From a virus (taxonomy: Duplodnaviria; Caudoviricetes), in the IMG/VR virus record IMGVR_UViG_3300017909_000129, positions 1 to 24,094 of that record: a stretch of 24,094 nucleotides of DNA; one strand, written 5' to 3'. Under the pieces are notes generated by a model. The model did not search any database and had not been told where the DNA came from. It saw nothing but the letters and a program-made list of their open reading frames with translations. Shown piece after piece: positions 1 through 9,682 of this stretch. The position numbers were made by a program, and so were the translations under genes. Every line of letters begins with the position of its first letter. The stretch's first letter is position 1.

Positions 1-823
1 AAACAGTGGCAGAATCTGCATTATTTGAATTCATTGTAGGAAAATTATTCTCTGGACTATCTGGCATATCACAATCAGACGCAACTATCCCACTAGATGA
101 AAAGTGATTATCATTGCCACTAGTATCTGCACCTATTGTACTAGATGAACCACTACCAACACTTGTATTTTTAAACTCTAATCTAAAACCATTTGTTCCA
201 TAAGAGCCAGTATATGCTTTAGGAATCCATACACCATTTTTTGTTTCACCAAATGATGTTGGTGCTAACTGAGAGCCATCAACAAAATTGATTTCTGCCA
301 TATATCCATCAAAATTTGTTGTGCCACTATATAACATATCGCCTATTTCGTGTTGATTAGTATTATTAAATAAAGTATCTCCATCTTGGGTTGGATATGT
401 TTCTGTGCTAAAAGATGTTTCTTGTGAGCCATTAATATATAATTTTGCTCTATTTGATGATGTTGATTGTGTAGTATCAACTGCAACAACAATATGATAC
501 CACGAAGAAACATCTCTAAAAACTCTTGATGACCTTAAATCCATACTTATGCCAGTATCTTGAATCCTTATATTATTTGTATCTAATATTTGTACACTTG
601 TGGCTGGTGTAGCAGTAGGTCTTGCAATTATCAATGTTTGAACAGATGAAGCAAAATTTGCTCTTTTTATCCAACAACTAAATGTAAAAGTTTTTCTATT
701 ACTTGCACTTGATGGTGTTCTAGTTAAATAAGTGTTACTCCCTCTATCAAACCTTAATGACTGAGTAGCTACTGAATTATATAAACCAGTGTCTTGAAAC
801 CAATATGAATTGTTTAATGCCAT
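1..823 (-). CDS. Concanavalin A/LamG-like lectin-domain virion (fibre/receptor-binding) protein, 3'-partial
   Basis: Not in the ORF track because it runs off the window. ATG at 823 overlaps the upstream stop (TAATG). Hand translation is open for 274 codons: MALNNSYWFQDTGLYNSVATQSLRFDRGSNTYLTRTPSSASNRKTFTFSCWIKR...RVFRDVSSWYHIVVAVDTTQSTSSNRAKLYING...FDGYMAEINFVDG...DSPENNF. The FTFSCWIK, WYHIVV, LYING and FDGYMAEI motifs are LamG-like. Confidence 0.8.
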   Translation of the reverse strand, partial: MALNNSYWFQDTGLYNSVATQSLRFDRGSNTYLTRTPSSASNRKTFTFSCWIKRANFASSVQTLIIARPTATPATSVQILDTNNIRIQDTGISMDLRSSRVFRDVSSWYHIVVAVDTTQSTSSNRAKLYINGSQETSFSTETYPTQDGDTLFNNTNQHEIGDMLYSGTTNFDGYMAEINFVDGSQLAPTSFGETKNGVWIPKAYTGSYGTNGFRLEFKNTSVGSGSSSTIGADTSGNDNHFSSSGIVASDCDMPDSPENNFPTMNSNNADSATV

Positions 824-1254
824 TAACTAAATGCCTTTAATGGTTTCCCTAATAAAATTGAATTACTTGCTTTTACTATAAAAGGAACTACATCATAGGC
901 ACTATTTGCTACAGATAAACTTAAACCTCCACCATCTACTGTTTCATAATCAGTTCCTAAAGATACTGTTCCTGCACTTCCAGAGCTTGGTTGTATAAAT
1001 ATCATAATGCCAGATGAACCAACTTCTTCTGTTGTTGGATTTGCTAAAGTATTAGAGCCACTTCCTAAAGTAAGAATAAAATTATTATATGTGTCAAATT
1101 CTAAAATCTTTGAAGATGAAATAGTAGCAGTTTCAGTATTACCTTTTAATGATTTCGCTAATACTAAAGTACCATCTTTTATATTTAAAGAATCAACAGT
1201 AACCCCTGCATCTGTAACTTTTTCTGAAATCGTTCCTACTGTTAATGTACTCAT
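823..1254 (-). CDS. Small tail-fibre/adaptor-like structural protein (143 aa)
   Basis: Ser/Thr/Gly-rich beta-type sequence within the fibre cluster; coupled to both neighbours (ATGA and TAATG overlaps). Confidence 0.55.
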   Translation of the reverse strand: MSTLTVGTISEKVTDAGVTVDSLNIKDGTLVLAKSLKGNTETATISSSKILEFDTYNNFILTLGSGSNTLANPTTEEVGSSGIMIFIQPSSGSAGTVSLGTDYETVDGGGLSLSVANSAYDVVPFIVKASNSILLGKPLKAFS

Positions 1255-2210
1255 TCTGCATTCTCCAGTGCTGTAATTCTAGTTTCTAATGCTTCAATTT
1301 TAGCTATGGCTTCTTTCAATGCACCAGTTAATAATGGCACAAGTTTAGCTTGGTCAATTCCCTGCATAACTGCTTCGCCATCATCATCTACTTCATTATG
1401 AGTGCCAGTTACTGCTTCAGCAACTACAGATTGTGCTTCGTGTGCAAGAAAACCATCAACAGTTGTGTCTGCATCTGCAATAAAATTAAATCTTTTAGGC
1501 AATAACTGTTTTACTCTATCAATAGCACCAGTCATATCTTCTACATTTTCTTTTAATCTGTGGTCTGAGGAAGTAACATATGCTGTACTCGTATTCGTGG
1601 TATTTATTGCTCCAACATTACTTCCATTCCTGTTAATAACAACACAAGTTGTAGAAGTTGAACCAGTTCTTGTATCTTGAAAAAAACAAGGAGTTGTAGC
1701 ACTACCATCTGAAGCAACATGAAGTTTGCCTAAAGATGTAGTTAAACCTATTGATAAATTCCCACCGTTTAACAATCGCATACGTTCTGTATTATTAGTT
1801 GCAAATATCAAGGCTTGATTTTCATACTGCCAAACATAAGCATCTTCTGACGCACCTAACCCAACTATTAAACCATCTGTAGATGTTGCTCCAGTTGTAC
1901 TGTTTGTAACTTGAAGATAATTACCACCACTTGTAGATTCATTTAAATGTAATTTATTTGCTGGACTACTAGTACCTATGCCAACTTTGTCGTTTCCACC
2001 ATCAACAAACAACATATTAGCTTCGCCATTTGATTCTACTCTAAAATCTCTATCTGCTGAAGCATCATTAAAAACTACTCCAGTAGTATCAACTGTAGCC
2101 ACTTCTGCATTAGCTATTTTTATTCCTATTTTGTCATTAGTAGATAAATCTAATCCACTGTCATTATCTCCAGTAGAGTTTACAACACTATTTACTTTTA
2201 TTTCTGACAT
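1251..2210 (-). CDS. Tail fibre/spike protein with C-terminal intramolecular chaperone (peptidase S74-like) domain
   Basis: Fibre-type repeats (VGIGTSSPANKLH, TNNTERMRL, LSIGLTTSLGKLHV) followed by SD-x-RLK-EN (SSDHRLKENVEDM), GFLAHE, GIDQAKLVPLLTGALKE and a terminal coiled coil, the S74 auto-cleaving chaperone pattern. Confidence 0.85.
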   Translation of the reverse strand: MSEIKVNSVVNSTGDNDSGLDLSTNDKIGIKIANAEVATVDTTGVVFNDASADRDFRVESNGEANMLFVDGGNDKVGIGTSSPANKLHLNESTSGGNYLQVTNSTTGATSTDGLIVGLGASEDAYVWQYENQALIFATNNTERMRLLNGGNLSIGLTTSLGKLHVASDGSATTPCFFQDTRTGSTSTTCVVINRNGSNVGAINTTNTSTAYVTSSDHRLKENVEDMTGAIDRVKQLLPKRFNFIADADTTVDGFLAHEAQSVVAEAVTGTHNEVDDDGEAVMQGIDQAKLVPLLTGALKEAIAKIEALETRITALENAE

Positions 2211-2213
2211 ATT

Positions 2214-2498
2214 TTAAACTCCTAACAAGGCATTTATTTCATCATCAGATAAACCTAACTTTTTTAGCTTGGTTATCGCTGAAGTTTTATTATCTGCTTT
2301 TGCAGTATCTTCATCTTTTAATTCTTGTATTTTTGCATTTACTTCATCTTTTGTTGGCATTTTTGCAGTTTCATCATTAAGAATAATATTTTCATAAGAC
2401 ATTCTTTTTTCGCCAGTCCAATCTTTTCTCCAACCATACCATTGATGTTTACCGATATTGAATTTGCCTAATGCTAATTGCAAATAATCTTTAGTCAT
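2214..2498 (-). CDS. Small fibre-associated hypothetical protein, possibly a fibre assembly chaperone (94 aa)
   Basis: Charged helical C-terminus (SAITKLKKLGLSDDEINALLG); lies directly after a fibre-tip-like gene. Confidence 0.5.
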   Translation of the reverse strand: MTKDYLQLALGKFNIGKHQWYGWRKDWTGEKRMSYENIILNDETAKMPTKDEVNAKIQELKDEDTAKADNKTSAITKLKKLGLSDDEINALLGV

Positions 2499-2499
2499 T

Positions 2500-3132
2500 T
2501 TAAGTATCTCCTAATCTAATAAAAGCAAAAGAAGTAGTGTTAGCATCTGTATTACCACTCACTATTGAGTTAGTTGCCATAGAACTAGTTGTAAATTTTA
2601 CTTTTACATTAGCTGTATCTGTAACATCTACAAAACATTGACTAGCTCCACTAGCAGCAGTTGTATTAGTTGATAATCTGTTTCCATCAGAAGCATTGGC
2701 AATATTTGTAAAAGTACTATTGTTTGTGGTAACTTGAGTTCCAACATTAACTGAATTATCATCTTGTGGTGCAAGAGATGCATGAACTGTAATTTCATAT
2801 ATACCAGTTTCTGGAAAAGTAAATATACCAGAACTTTCCGACATCTGACCTCCTGCTGTAATAAAACCTGCACCAGTATGGTCTACTCTTTCTAAGTTAG
2901 ATGTTATATCGGCATTAGTTCCTGTAATACTAGCAGTCAACCTAAACTGGTCAACAACTCTTATAAATGTACCTACTGGTGGATTAGCAAAAGTTGCAAC
3001 TTGCGAACTATCAACTGTTATTGCTGTAGTATTTGCAGTTTTTAAAATTATTTGGTCATTTGTTGATAGGTCAATACCACTATCATCTCCTGCCAAATTC
3101 TTAATATTATCTACTTTTATTGTTGAACTCAT
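2500..3132 (-). CDS. Short fibre/receptor-binding protein with C1q/TNF-like beta-sandwich C-terminus (210 aa)
   Basis: N-terminal module shared with ORF 1251..2210; C-terminal GIFTFPETGIYEITV...FAFIRL pattern resembles C1q-like heads (F..P..G.Y.F). Confidence 0.6.
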   Translation of the reverse strand: MSSTIKVDNIKNLAGDDSGIDLSTNDQIILKTANTTAITVDSSQVATFANPPVGTFIRVVDQFRLTASITGTNADITSNLERVDHTGAGFITAGGQMSESSGIFTFPETGIYEITVHASLAPQDDNSVNVGTQVTTNNSTFTNIANASDGNRLSTNTTAASGASQCFVDVTDTANVKVKFTTSSMATNSIVSGNTDANTTSFAFIRLGDT

Positions 3133-3575
3133 GCTATCACCAAATTCCCTGCTACAGTTAATGTTGTACCACTTGCTACTGCAAGGCTAAAAAAACATCC
3201 ACAATTATCTCCAGATGCTATTGTCGTATCCGTATTTAATTCTTGTTCGTGTGTTCTAAAAATATCGCCTTTACCATTTGTGGTATCACCTTGATTACCA
3301 TTTTCTCCTTGAAAAAATCCTGCACCACCTCCTGCTGAAACTTCGGCAGTGTCTGTACTCTGGTTAAATGTGAATAAACTTATCCAAGCATCATTATCAG
3401 CATTTCTAATTTTTAAAATATTATTGCCACTGTCGTACCATAATTGATAAGCATAGGTTGTGCTTGGAGCAGAACTTCCACTATTTACAGAAACAATAGC
3501 CTGTAATACATTATTTATATCAGTCCTAGTATTTGGAAAAGTTTGGTTATCTATTACATAATCATGTTGTGCCAT
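3129..3575 (-). CDS. Tail-fibre anchor/adaptor protein (148 aa)
   Basis: First gene after the tail-tip protein. N-terminal MAQHDYVIDNQ...DINN.LQAI...SGSSAPS...QLWYD...LKIRN resembles fibre attachment domains; Gly linker (GGGAG) then a short beta C-terminus. SD AAGGAG upstream. Confidence 0.6.
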   Translation of the reverse strand: MAQHDYVIDNQTFPNTRTDINNVLQAIVSVNSGSSAPSTTYAYQLWYDSGNNILKIRNADNDAWISLFTFNQSTDTAEVSAGGGAGFFQGENGNQGDTTNGKGDIFRTHEQELNTDTTIASGDNCGCFFSLAVASGTTLTVAGNLVIA

Positions 3576-3586
3576 TTTTTACTCCT

Positions 3587-6475
3587 TTAAGCTGCAATTT
3601 CACCATAACCTTTTGCGACATAATCAAAAGTTCTGCTTACTATGGCATCACTACTATTATAAAAAGTAATTGTAAAACCACTAACACTTTTACTAGTTAT
3701 AACATAATAATCGCCACTCGCCAAGTTCTGAGCAGAAATTCCTACACCTTGAAGTGCTTTAAAGTTTGGAGAAAATGTAACTGCCTTTGCACTTGTACCA
3801 CTTACTATATCATTATCAGCTATAATTCTGTCTGGCATATCTATTGTAACTGATAAAGCACTAACACTTGGAGTTGCTTCTGAATCAAGAGTTGTTAATA
3901 AGGCTCTAAATTTAAATGCTCTTGCTTTATAATCCCCAACGACAAATTTTCTAAAATCTGTATATGTTGGAGAGCCTGCAGGGTCATCTTCTGTAGTTGC
4001 TACTTGCAGTTCAACATTTGTATCTCCAAATTCATTTGCATCTCCGTCAAATAAACCCTCTCTATCATCAAAGTTTCCAGTTGCATCATCAAATTGGACA
4101 CCAAAGTCAACTCTTGTCATTGTGATATTCGCAGTTACTCTACTTGTATAAACTGCACCAACATCAATATAATTATCAAAATCATAAGTTCCAGATGATG
4201 CTACCTTACCACCCCCACCATCAAATAAACCTCCAGTTGTATCAAAGTTTCCTGCTCCACTATCAAATAAAATACTTGTTCCTAACCTTAATTCATTGCC
4301 AACTACAACTGTGGTTGTTTTTGTGCCAGTAAAATTTGGATTTTGTGTAGATGTAGCAACTGAATTTAAATTTTTAATATTTTCTATAATTGCTACTGAA
4401 TTAGTTGAGTCAAGTGATTCATTACCTAATTTATCAACTGCTTTTATAAAATATGTACCAGTCATTGCAGGAACTACAGCAGTATTTGCGGGTCTTGATA
4501 CCTTCGCAATTAAATCTATAGAGTTTGCATAAGTAGCACTTGCAGAAGTATCTCTTGAGTGTCTTATTCTATAATGTGATAAATCTAAATCTGCAACTGG
4601 TGTCCAAGATAAATGTGCTTCTGTATTTACAATATTTATTGCAAAATTTGTAACATCAGCAGGGGGAGCAGTTTTACCTACAACTTGATGCTGTGCAGTT
4701 GTTACATCTGAAACTGCAAATCTTGTTAATGCTCTTGCTCTTACATCATATGTCACATTATCTTCTACGTTTAATAATTCAAATCTACCAACACTTGATT
4801 TACCCATATTTACATACACAGATTGGGTTGTTTTTTTAGCCTCAACCTCAAAATCTGTGATTTGTGATAAACCACTTGCAACATCTGCTATCAATACACT
4901 AACCGCTTCTTCATTTAGAACTCTTAATTCGTCAGAAACAGTCAATGATGGTGGAGTCACCTCAAATGGATTTGGTAATGTAGTATTATCAATTAAAAAT
5001 TGTTTTTCATCAACATTAGCATTAAAATCATAGACGGCAGAGTTTGTTTCTCTTAGTGCTAAATTTATTCCAAATGCAGGGCTTCCATTTTCTTCAATTA
5101 TAGCCATTGACCACTCTGCAACTTCAAAAACTTTATTAGAAAAACCATATCTATCTAAAGTTACATTTACAGTATCACCAACATCTAATTGAAAACCTTT
5201 AAAAGAAACAGTTGAACTTATAGTAACTTGTTGTCTATTTCTAAATAATGCAATTTTAGCTAGTCTTTGTGCAGTATTTGATTCTATAGTAAAAGGTAAA
5301 TCTAAATCAAGAAATTGTCTTTGCCCTCCATCTTCCGCTTCAAAAGTACTTGATGTGAATGCAGGGTAATCAGTAGCAATAAAATTATTTGTAGCAGGAG
5401 CAAAAATACCTTTTACTGCATTGTAATTATCTCTTTTTGATCTTTTTGTTTGAATAGTTATTCCACTTACAAAATCGCCCTCTGTAAGAGTAACTGTGGG
5501 TGTTTGATATTCTGCGACCTTCATTCTAAATTTACCATTTGAAAAAGTAACTAGACCTCCGCATGAAGTAAGTAAATTGCTCAATATTTGTTTTGGAGCA
5601 CCTTTTGTTTCAAATGTTCCATTGACTTGGTATCTATCTGTAGTATTACCATTTTCCTTTGTAACAGTTTCATCACAAGTATTTGCAGATGATATAAAAG
5701 TAGTATCATTTATTTCAGTTGATGATGCACCAAAACCATATCTTGTGTCTGTAAGATAATCTCTTATACATAATGCAGGATTTCTTGAAAATGCAGTTGT
5801 TGATGTTCTTGGATCAAAAACTTTTTTGCCTTGAACTCGTGCAGATATATTGGGAATACCTCTTGGAAAGGCATCTCTATCAAATTCAAGTCTAGCATAA
5901 ATATAAGCAATACCTCTTAATCTATGTTGATCAGTCCACTTTCCATTTGATTCTGATATAAGAGTTGCATCTGCTGATTGTGAGTCAGAACCAGTATGTT
6001 TTTTAATTCTTATTTTATTTGCATATTGTGATGGCGATGTTACGTTTCCATTACCATCAAGAGAAACTCCAGTATCATTTATAAAAATTGTGCCTATTTG
6101 ATTTACTTCATGTCCTGCTAATAAAATTATCATGTGAAGAAATTTATCATCATCTGTACTTTCAATGAATCCTAAAACCCCAGATACTCTTACTTCTCCA
6201 TAAATAACCCTTCTTGGAACAGTAGGTTGCTTAATCATTTGTGTTCTATTTTGTGCTTCTGATGTAAAATCAGAAAAACTTGGTAAATTTGGAGTTGGTG
6301 CTAGTGCTTGAAGTCCTGCTGATACTGCAGCCGTTATCGCAACTGTTGTTGCGAATGTTGCCATACTAAATGTACTTGCAAAAATACCTGCAGGTCCCAA
6401 TGCAACGATTGCTACTGCAGCTAAAATAGTCTGAGGATTTGTTATGGCTTTTACAAATTTTTTAAAAAAACCCAT
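3587..6475 (-). CDS. Tail tip / baseplate hub (lambda gpJ-like) protein with fibronectin-III-like domains (962 aa)
   Basis: Hydrophobic N-terminus, PRRVIYGEVRVSG, HRLRGIAYIY, GKKVFDPR, NPALCIRDYL, AQRLAKI; FN3-like segments (TYDVRARA, LSWTPV.D.DLSHYRIR, GTYFIKAVD..GN.S); position after tape measure and distal tail genes. Confidence 0.85.
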   Translation of the reverse strand: MGFFKKFVKAITNPQTILAAVAIVALGPAGIFASTFSMATFATTVAITAAVSAGLQALAPTPNLPSFSDFTSEAQNRTQMIKQPTVPRRVIYGEVRVSGVLGFIESTDDDKFLHMIILLAGHEVNQIGTIFINDTGVSLDGNGNVTSPSQYANKIRIKKHTGSDSQSADATLISESNGKWTDQHRLRGIAYIYARLEFDRDAFPRGIPNISARVQGKKVFDPRTSTTAFSRNPALCIRDYLTDTRYGFGASSTEINDTTFISSANTCDETVTKENGNTTDRYQVNGTFETKGAPKQILSNLLTSCGGLVTFSNGKFRMKVAEYQTPTVTLTEGDFVSGITIQTKRSKRDNYNAVKGIFAPATNNFIATDYPAFTSSTFEAEDGGQRQFLDLDLPFTIESNTAQRLAKIALFRNRQQVTISSTVSFKGFQLDVGDTVNVTLDRYGFSNKVFEVAEWSMAIIEENGSPAFGINLALRETNSAVYDFNANVDEKQFLIDNTTLPNPFEVTPPSLTVSDELRVLNEEAVSVLIADVASGLSQITDFEVEAKKTTQSVYVNMGKSSVGRFELLNVEDNVTYDVRARALTRFAVSDVTTAQHQVVGKTAPPADVTNFAINIVNTEAHLSWTPVADLDLSHYRIRHSRDTSASATYANSIDLIAKVSRPANTAVVPAMTGTYFIKAVDKLGNESLDSTNSVAIIENIKNLNSVATSTQNPNFTGTKTTTVVVGNELRLGTSILFDSGAGNFDTTGGLFDGGGGKVASSGTYDFDNYIDVGAVYTSRVTANITMTRVDFGVQFDDATGNFDDREGLFDGDANEFGDTNVELQVATTEDDPAGSPTYTDFRKFVVGDYKARAFKFRALLTTLDSEATPSVSALSVTIDMPDRIIADNDIVSGTSAKAVTFSPNFKALQGVGISAQNLASGDYYVITSKSVSGFTITFYNSSDAIVSRTFDYVAKGYGEIAA

Positions 6476-7029
6476 TAGCTACCCCAAACAACTTCCTTGT
6501 CTTGCAGATCATCTACATATTCAAGACCTTTATCATCTGGAAAATCAATCTTTTGATCCTCTGAAGTAAATCTTCTTTCTCTTGCTCTATCTAGGTCAAT
6601 AAGCCTTGATTCTGCACTTAACTTAATAACTGCTGACTCTCCGTTATCACTAATTGTCATTAAATCCATTTGACCTTGAAATATAGCATACGGATCAGCA
6701 ACTGGGCTTCCATTTGACAAAGCACCTAAGTAAACAATAGCCGTTCTGCCTTGATAAGTTTCTGACAATGCAGAAGAAACAAGATCTGTTGGAATACTTG
6801 ATAAAGTTATACTTATACCATTAGCTTGAATCTGTGCAGTTTCTTGTGGCGGACTTATAGATATGACATCACCACTTCCAACATATGTTTTGCCACCAAA
6901 TGTTATATTTCCATAACCTGTCCAAGACAAAAAATCACCACCATCAAACCCTAAATCAATAGCGATAAAAGGTTGCATTTCACTTGATGTAAATTGATTA
7001 TTTAATGCGGTAGTTAAATCTCTACTCAT
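6475..7029 (-). CDS. Minor tail / baseplate-associated protein (DUF2163-like N-domain, 184 aa)
   Basis: WTGYG.ITFGG..YVG.G, F.G.MD, RRFT..DQ...FP.DKGLEYV..LQ...V.WG pattern seen in siphophage minor tail proteins; lies between the Dit-like gene and the tail tip. Confidence 0.65.
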   Translation of the reverse strand: MSRDLTTALNNQFTSSEMQPFIAIDLGFDGGDFLSWTGYGNITFGGKTYVGSGDVISISPPQETAQIQANGISITLSSIPTDLVSSALSETYQGRTAIVYLGALSNGSPVADPYAIFQGQMDLMTISDNGESAVIKLSAESRLIDLDRARERRFTSEDQKIDFPDDKGLEYVDDLQDKEVVWGS

Positions 7030-7664
7030 GCTAAATATTCCGTAACTGCAAAAGTAATACCATAAACAGATATAGCATTAGCTTCCCATTCTGTGGCATT
7101 ATTTACAAGTCTAAATACTCCCTTTGGACTTAAAACTGTGATTGGTGTATCATCCGTAGGCGAACTTCTTAATGCAGGCTCAATTGATAATGTCGCATTT
7201 CCACTAGAGTCTGTGTCTGCATCTTCAACAATCATGTGTAACCTTGAACTTATACCAGAACCAATTTGTATATAATCTCCTGCTTTTAAATATCCAGTTT
7301 GACTTGCTGTTGCTCCATCTATTGTTAAAGAGTTACCAGTTTGGCTTCCACCATTTACTAAAGGTGTTCCTGCACTTGAAGATGCAGTTCCATTTGGAGT
7401 TCTAGCATCCCAATCACCTAAAAGCATTTGACCAGATACACCCCTTAGGGATACAAGAGATGCTACCCATTTTTTTGCAACCGCTTGTTTCATTGGAGGT
7501 AAAGTAACTTCTGCCTCCCACCATTCACCAGTATGACGAAAAGTTTGAGTTTGACCAGTAAAAGGACTTGTTGATTGACCAATAACTCTACGGATTCTAA
7601 ATGTTGTGCTTATTGGTTGTGCTATAGCATCAGTTGGTAAAGATATAGGATATGTTATTGCCAT
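7026..7664 (-). CDS. Distal tail (Dit-like) protein (212 aa)
   Basis: Immediately follows the tape measure gene; SPFTG..Q, W.A.VTLPP, LKAGDYIQIG, I.P.LR motifs; final ..F...E strand typical of Dit proteins. Confidence 0.65.
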   Translation of the reverse strand: MAITYPISLPTDAIAQPISTTFRIRRVIGQSTSPFTGQTQTFRHTGEWWEAEVTLPPMKQAVAKKWVASLVSLRGVSGQMLLGDWDARTPNGTASSSAGTPLVNGGSQTGNSLTIDGATASQTGYLKAGDYIQIGSGISSRLHMIVEDADTDSSGNATLSIEPALRSSPTDDTPITVLSPKGVFRLVNNATEWEANAISVYGITFAVTEYLA

Positions 7665-9682
7665 TAACTCATAACAGTAGCAAAAGTGCCACCCCTCTGT
7701 TTTGCATCTACTATTGCTTCCATAGTTGATGATTGTATTGTTGGAAGTAAATTAAGAACCTCTGCTCTAACAGTTTGAGCAACTCCAGTGCTTATATTTA
7801 TATTTTGATTTACAACTACTGGTTTACCACCACTCATCATTCCTTTTGTATCTGCATTATTTTTAACTACACCACTTGTATTTGGAATAAATAGTTCTGG
7901 ACCTCTTTCGCCAACCATTCTAGGAACATTTGGAGAAACTGCTCCACCTCCTGCAGTTGTTAAGCCTACTGGTGGTTGAGTACCACCTACAGAAAGTGTT
8001 GGGGCAGGTGCACCACCAAAAGCACCTATTACGGTTTGAAGAAGCATAGCACGAATTTGAGCCTTAAGAAAATCTTTCGCCATTTCTGCCATAACTTCCT
8101 TAACAACATTCCCTAAATCTCTTAATGATAATTTACCAGTTTCAATAGCATTAACAAATGTATCTGCTAATCCAGAACTAAGCGAATCCAAGCCTTGCTC
8201 AAGTATTTTACCATTTTCTCCTGCAAATAATAATTCTTCTTTTATCTTTGCTAATGATTGTTTATATTCATCTGATGTAATTTTTCCTGCACCATACGCA
8301 ACACTTAAATCATTTAGAGTTTGTTGTAATACTTCACTTTCAGTTCTATTACTTTGTACGAATGAAGTGGCATTATTTATAGATTTTTGAAATTCTTCTG
8401 TGGCTTTCTTACTTTCTAAATATGCAGGGATAATTTCTAATAATTTTTGCTTTTGTGCATCAAGACCACCACCAGATTGTATAAGAGTTTGGTTATATAG
8501 AATTTGTGCTTCAGATGCCCCTGCAATAACCATATTATTTTCTGTGGTTGTTTGGATTAATTTTTCTATTGAATCATTTAGTTTTTTATTTTCTGTAATA
8601 TTACCTTGATTTATACCTATTCGTATTATGTCTTCTTCAATTCCCATCCTTTTGGCATTATTTAACATTCTTTCAGTTTGTGTTAATAATGTCATTTGCT
8701 CTCGCATTATCTTTAAATCTCTTTCTAAGAGTTTAAACGTCTTAGTATTTTCCATATTTTTAGATTTTAATATATCCATACGAAGAACTGTCGTGCTAAT
8801 CGCTCTTTCAAGTTTCTCAATCTGTCTTGTCGTTTTTTCAAATACCTCATCTGGTGAATTTGTTACCATTTCTTTAAAGAAATTTATTACTGAAGTAATA
8901 TTTTGAACTAATAAAGATAGTGTTGGTAAAAGAGGTTTTACTGCAGTTTCATTTAACTCAATTAATGCAGCTTCCAATCCTTTTGATGTATTTGCAAAAC
9001 TATCTGCAGTTCTAATTGCATCGCCTTGAGCATCAGTTGTTCCTGCAATTATGAGATTTAACCTTGCTTGAACCTTCTCTTGTGCAGTTACAAGATTTAT
9101 ATTCTTTCTAATACCCATTCTTTGAAGTTCGGCTTTTAACTCTGTTTCAGTTATAACAATACCAAATCTTCTTACTGCTTCATGATTACCAACAAGTGCA
9201 GATTGGAAAGCTCTCATTGTATCTTCATCTAAAGCATTATTAAATGATGCTACATCTACTGCTAACTTTGTTAATTGAACTGATAGATCTGCCGCTTCTC
9301 CTCTGGCAAATCCTAATGGAACGAATGTATCTTGTACACTTGATGCCATGCCCTCTAATTGTGAAGTTGCTCTATTTACTTGATTTCCAAATTCATCAAG
9401 TTCTCTTCTAACGCTTCCCACAAATTCGCCAAAAACTACAGAGGACTTAGCTTCCATTTCCTCAACTGCAGATGCCATCTTAACCATATTCATACCAAAT
9501 CTGGCAACTTGACTTGCTATAACAACTCCAATAACACCTTTTATCGCAGTTCCAAGACCCATAAATGATTTTTTCTGTTTATCAACAGTTTGGTCAACTT
9601 GTCTTTTGGATTGATTTAGTTGTTTTCTTAGCTGACTCATATCAGCTTCAATACGAACCAATAATGTATCTACAGTTGCCAT
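7664..9682 (-). CDS. Tail tape measure protein (672 aa)
   Basis: N-terminal LLVRIEAD, long helical Ala/Gln/Leu-rich body, DVASFNN...SALVG..E..RRFGI core, C-terminal VGERGPELFIP; directly downstream of the tail chaperones. Confidence 0.92.
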   Translation of the reverse strand: MATVDTLLVRIEADMSQLRKQLNQSKRQVDQTVDKQKKSFMGLGTAIKGVIGVVIASQVARFGMNMVKMASAVEEMEAKSSVVFGEFVGSVRRELDEFGNQVNRATSQLEGMASSVQDTFVPLGFARGEAADLSVQLTKLAVDVASFNNALDEDTMRAFQSALVGNHEAVRRFGIVITETELKAELQRMGIRKNINLVTAQEKVQARLNLIIAGTTDAQGDAIRTADSFANTSKGLEAALIELNETAVKPLLPTLSLLVQNITSVINFFKEMVTNSPDEVFEKTTRQIEKLERAISTTVLRMDILKSKNMENTKTFKLLERDLKIMREQMTLLTQTERMLNNAKRMGIEEDIIRIGINQGNITENKKLNDSIEKLIQTTTENNMVIAGASEAQILYNQTLIQSGGGLDAQKQKLLEIIPAYLESKKATEEFQKSINNATSFVQSNRTESEVLQQTLNDLSVAYGAGKITSDEYKQSLAKIKEELLFAGENGKILEQGLDSLSSGLADTFVNAIETGKLSLRDLGNVVKEVMAEMAKDFLKAQIRAMLLQTVIGAFGGAPAPTLSVGGTQPPVGLTTAGGGAVSPNVPRMVGERGPELFIPNTSGVVKNNADTKGMMSGGKPVVVNQNINISTGVAQTVRAEVLNLLPTIQSSTMEAIVDAKQRGGTFATVMS

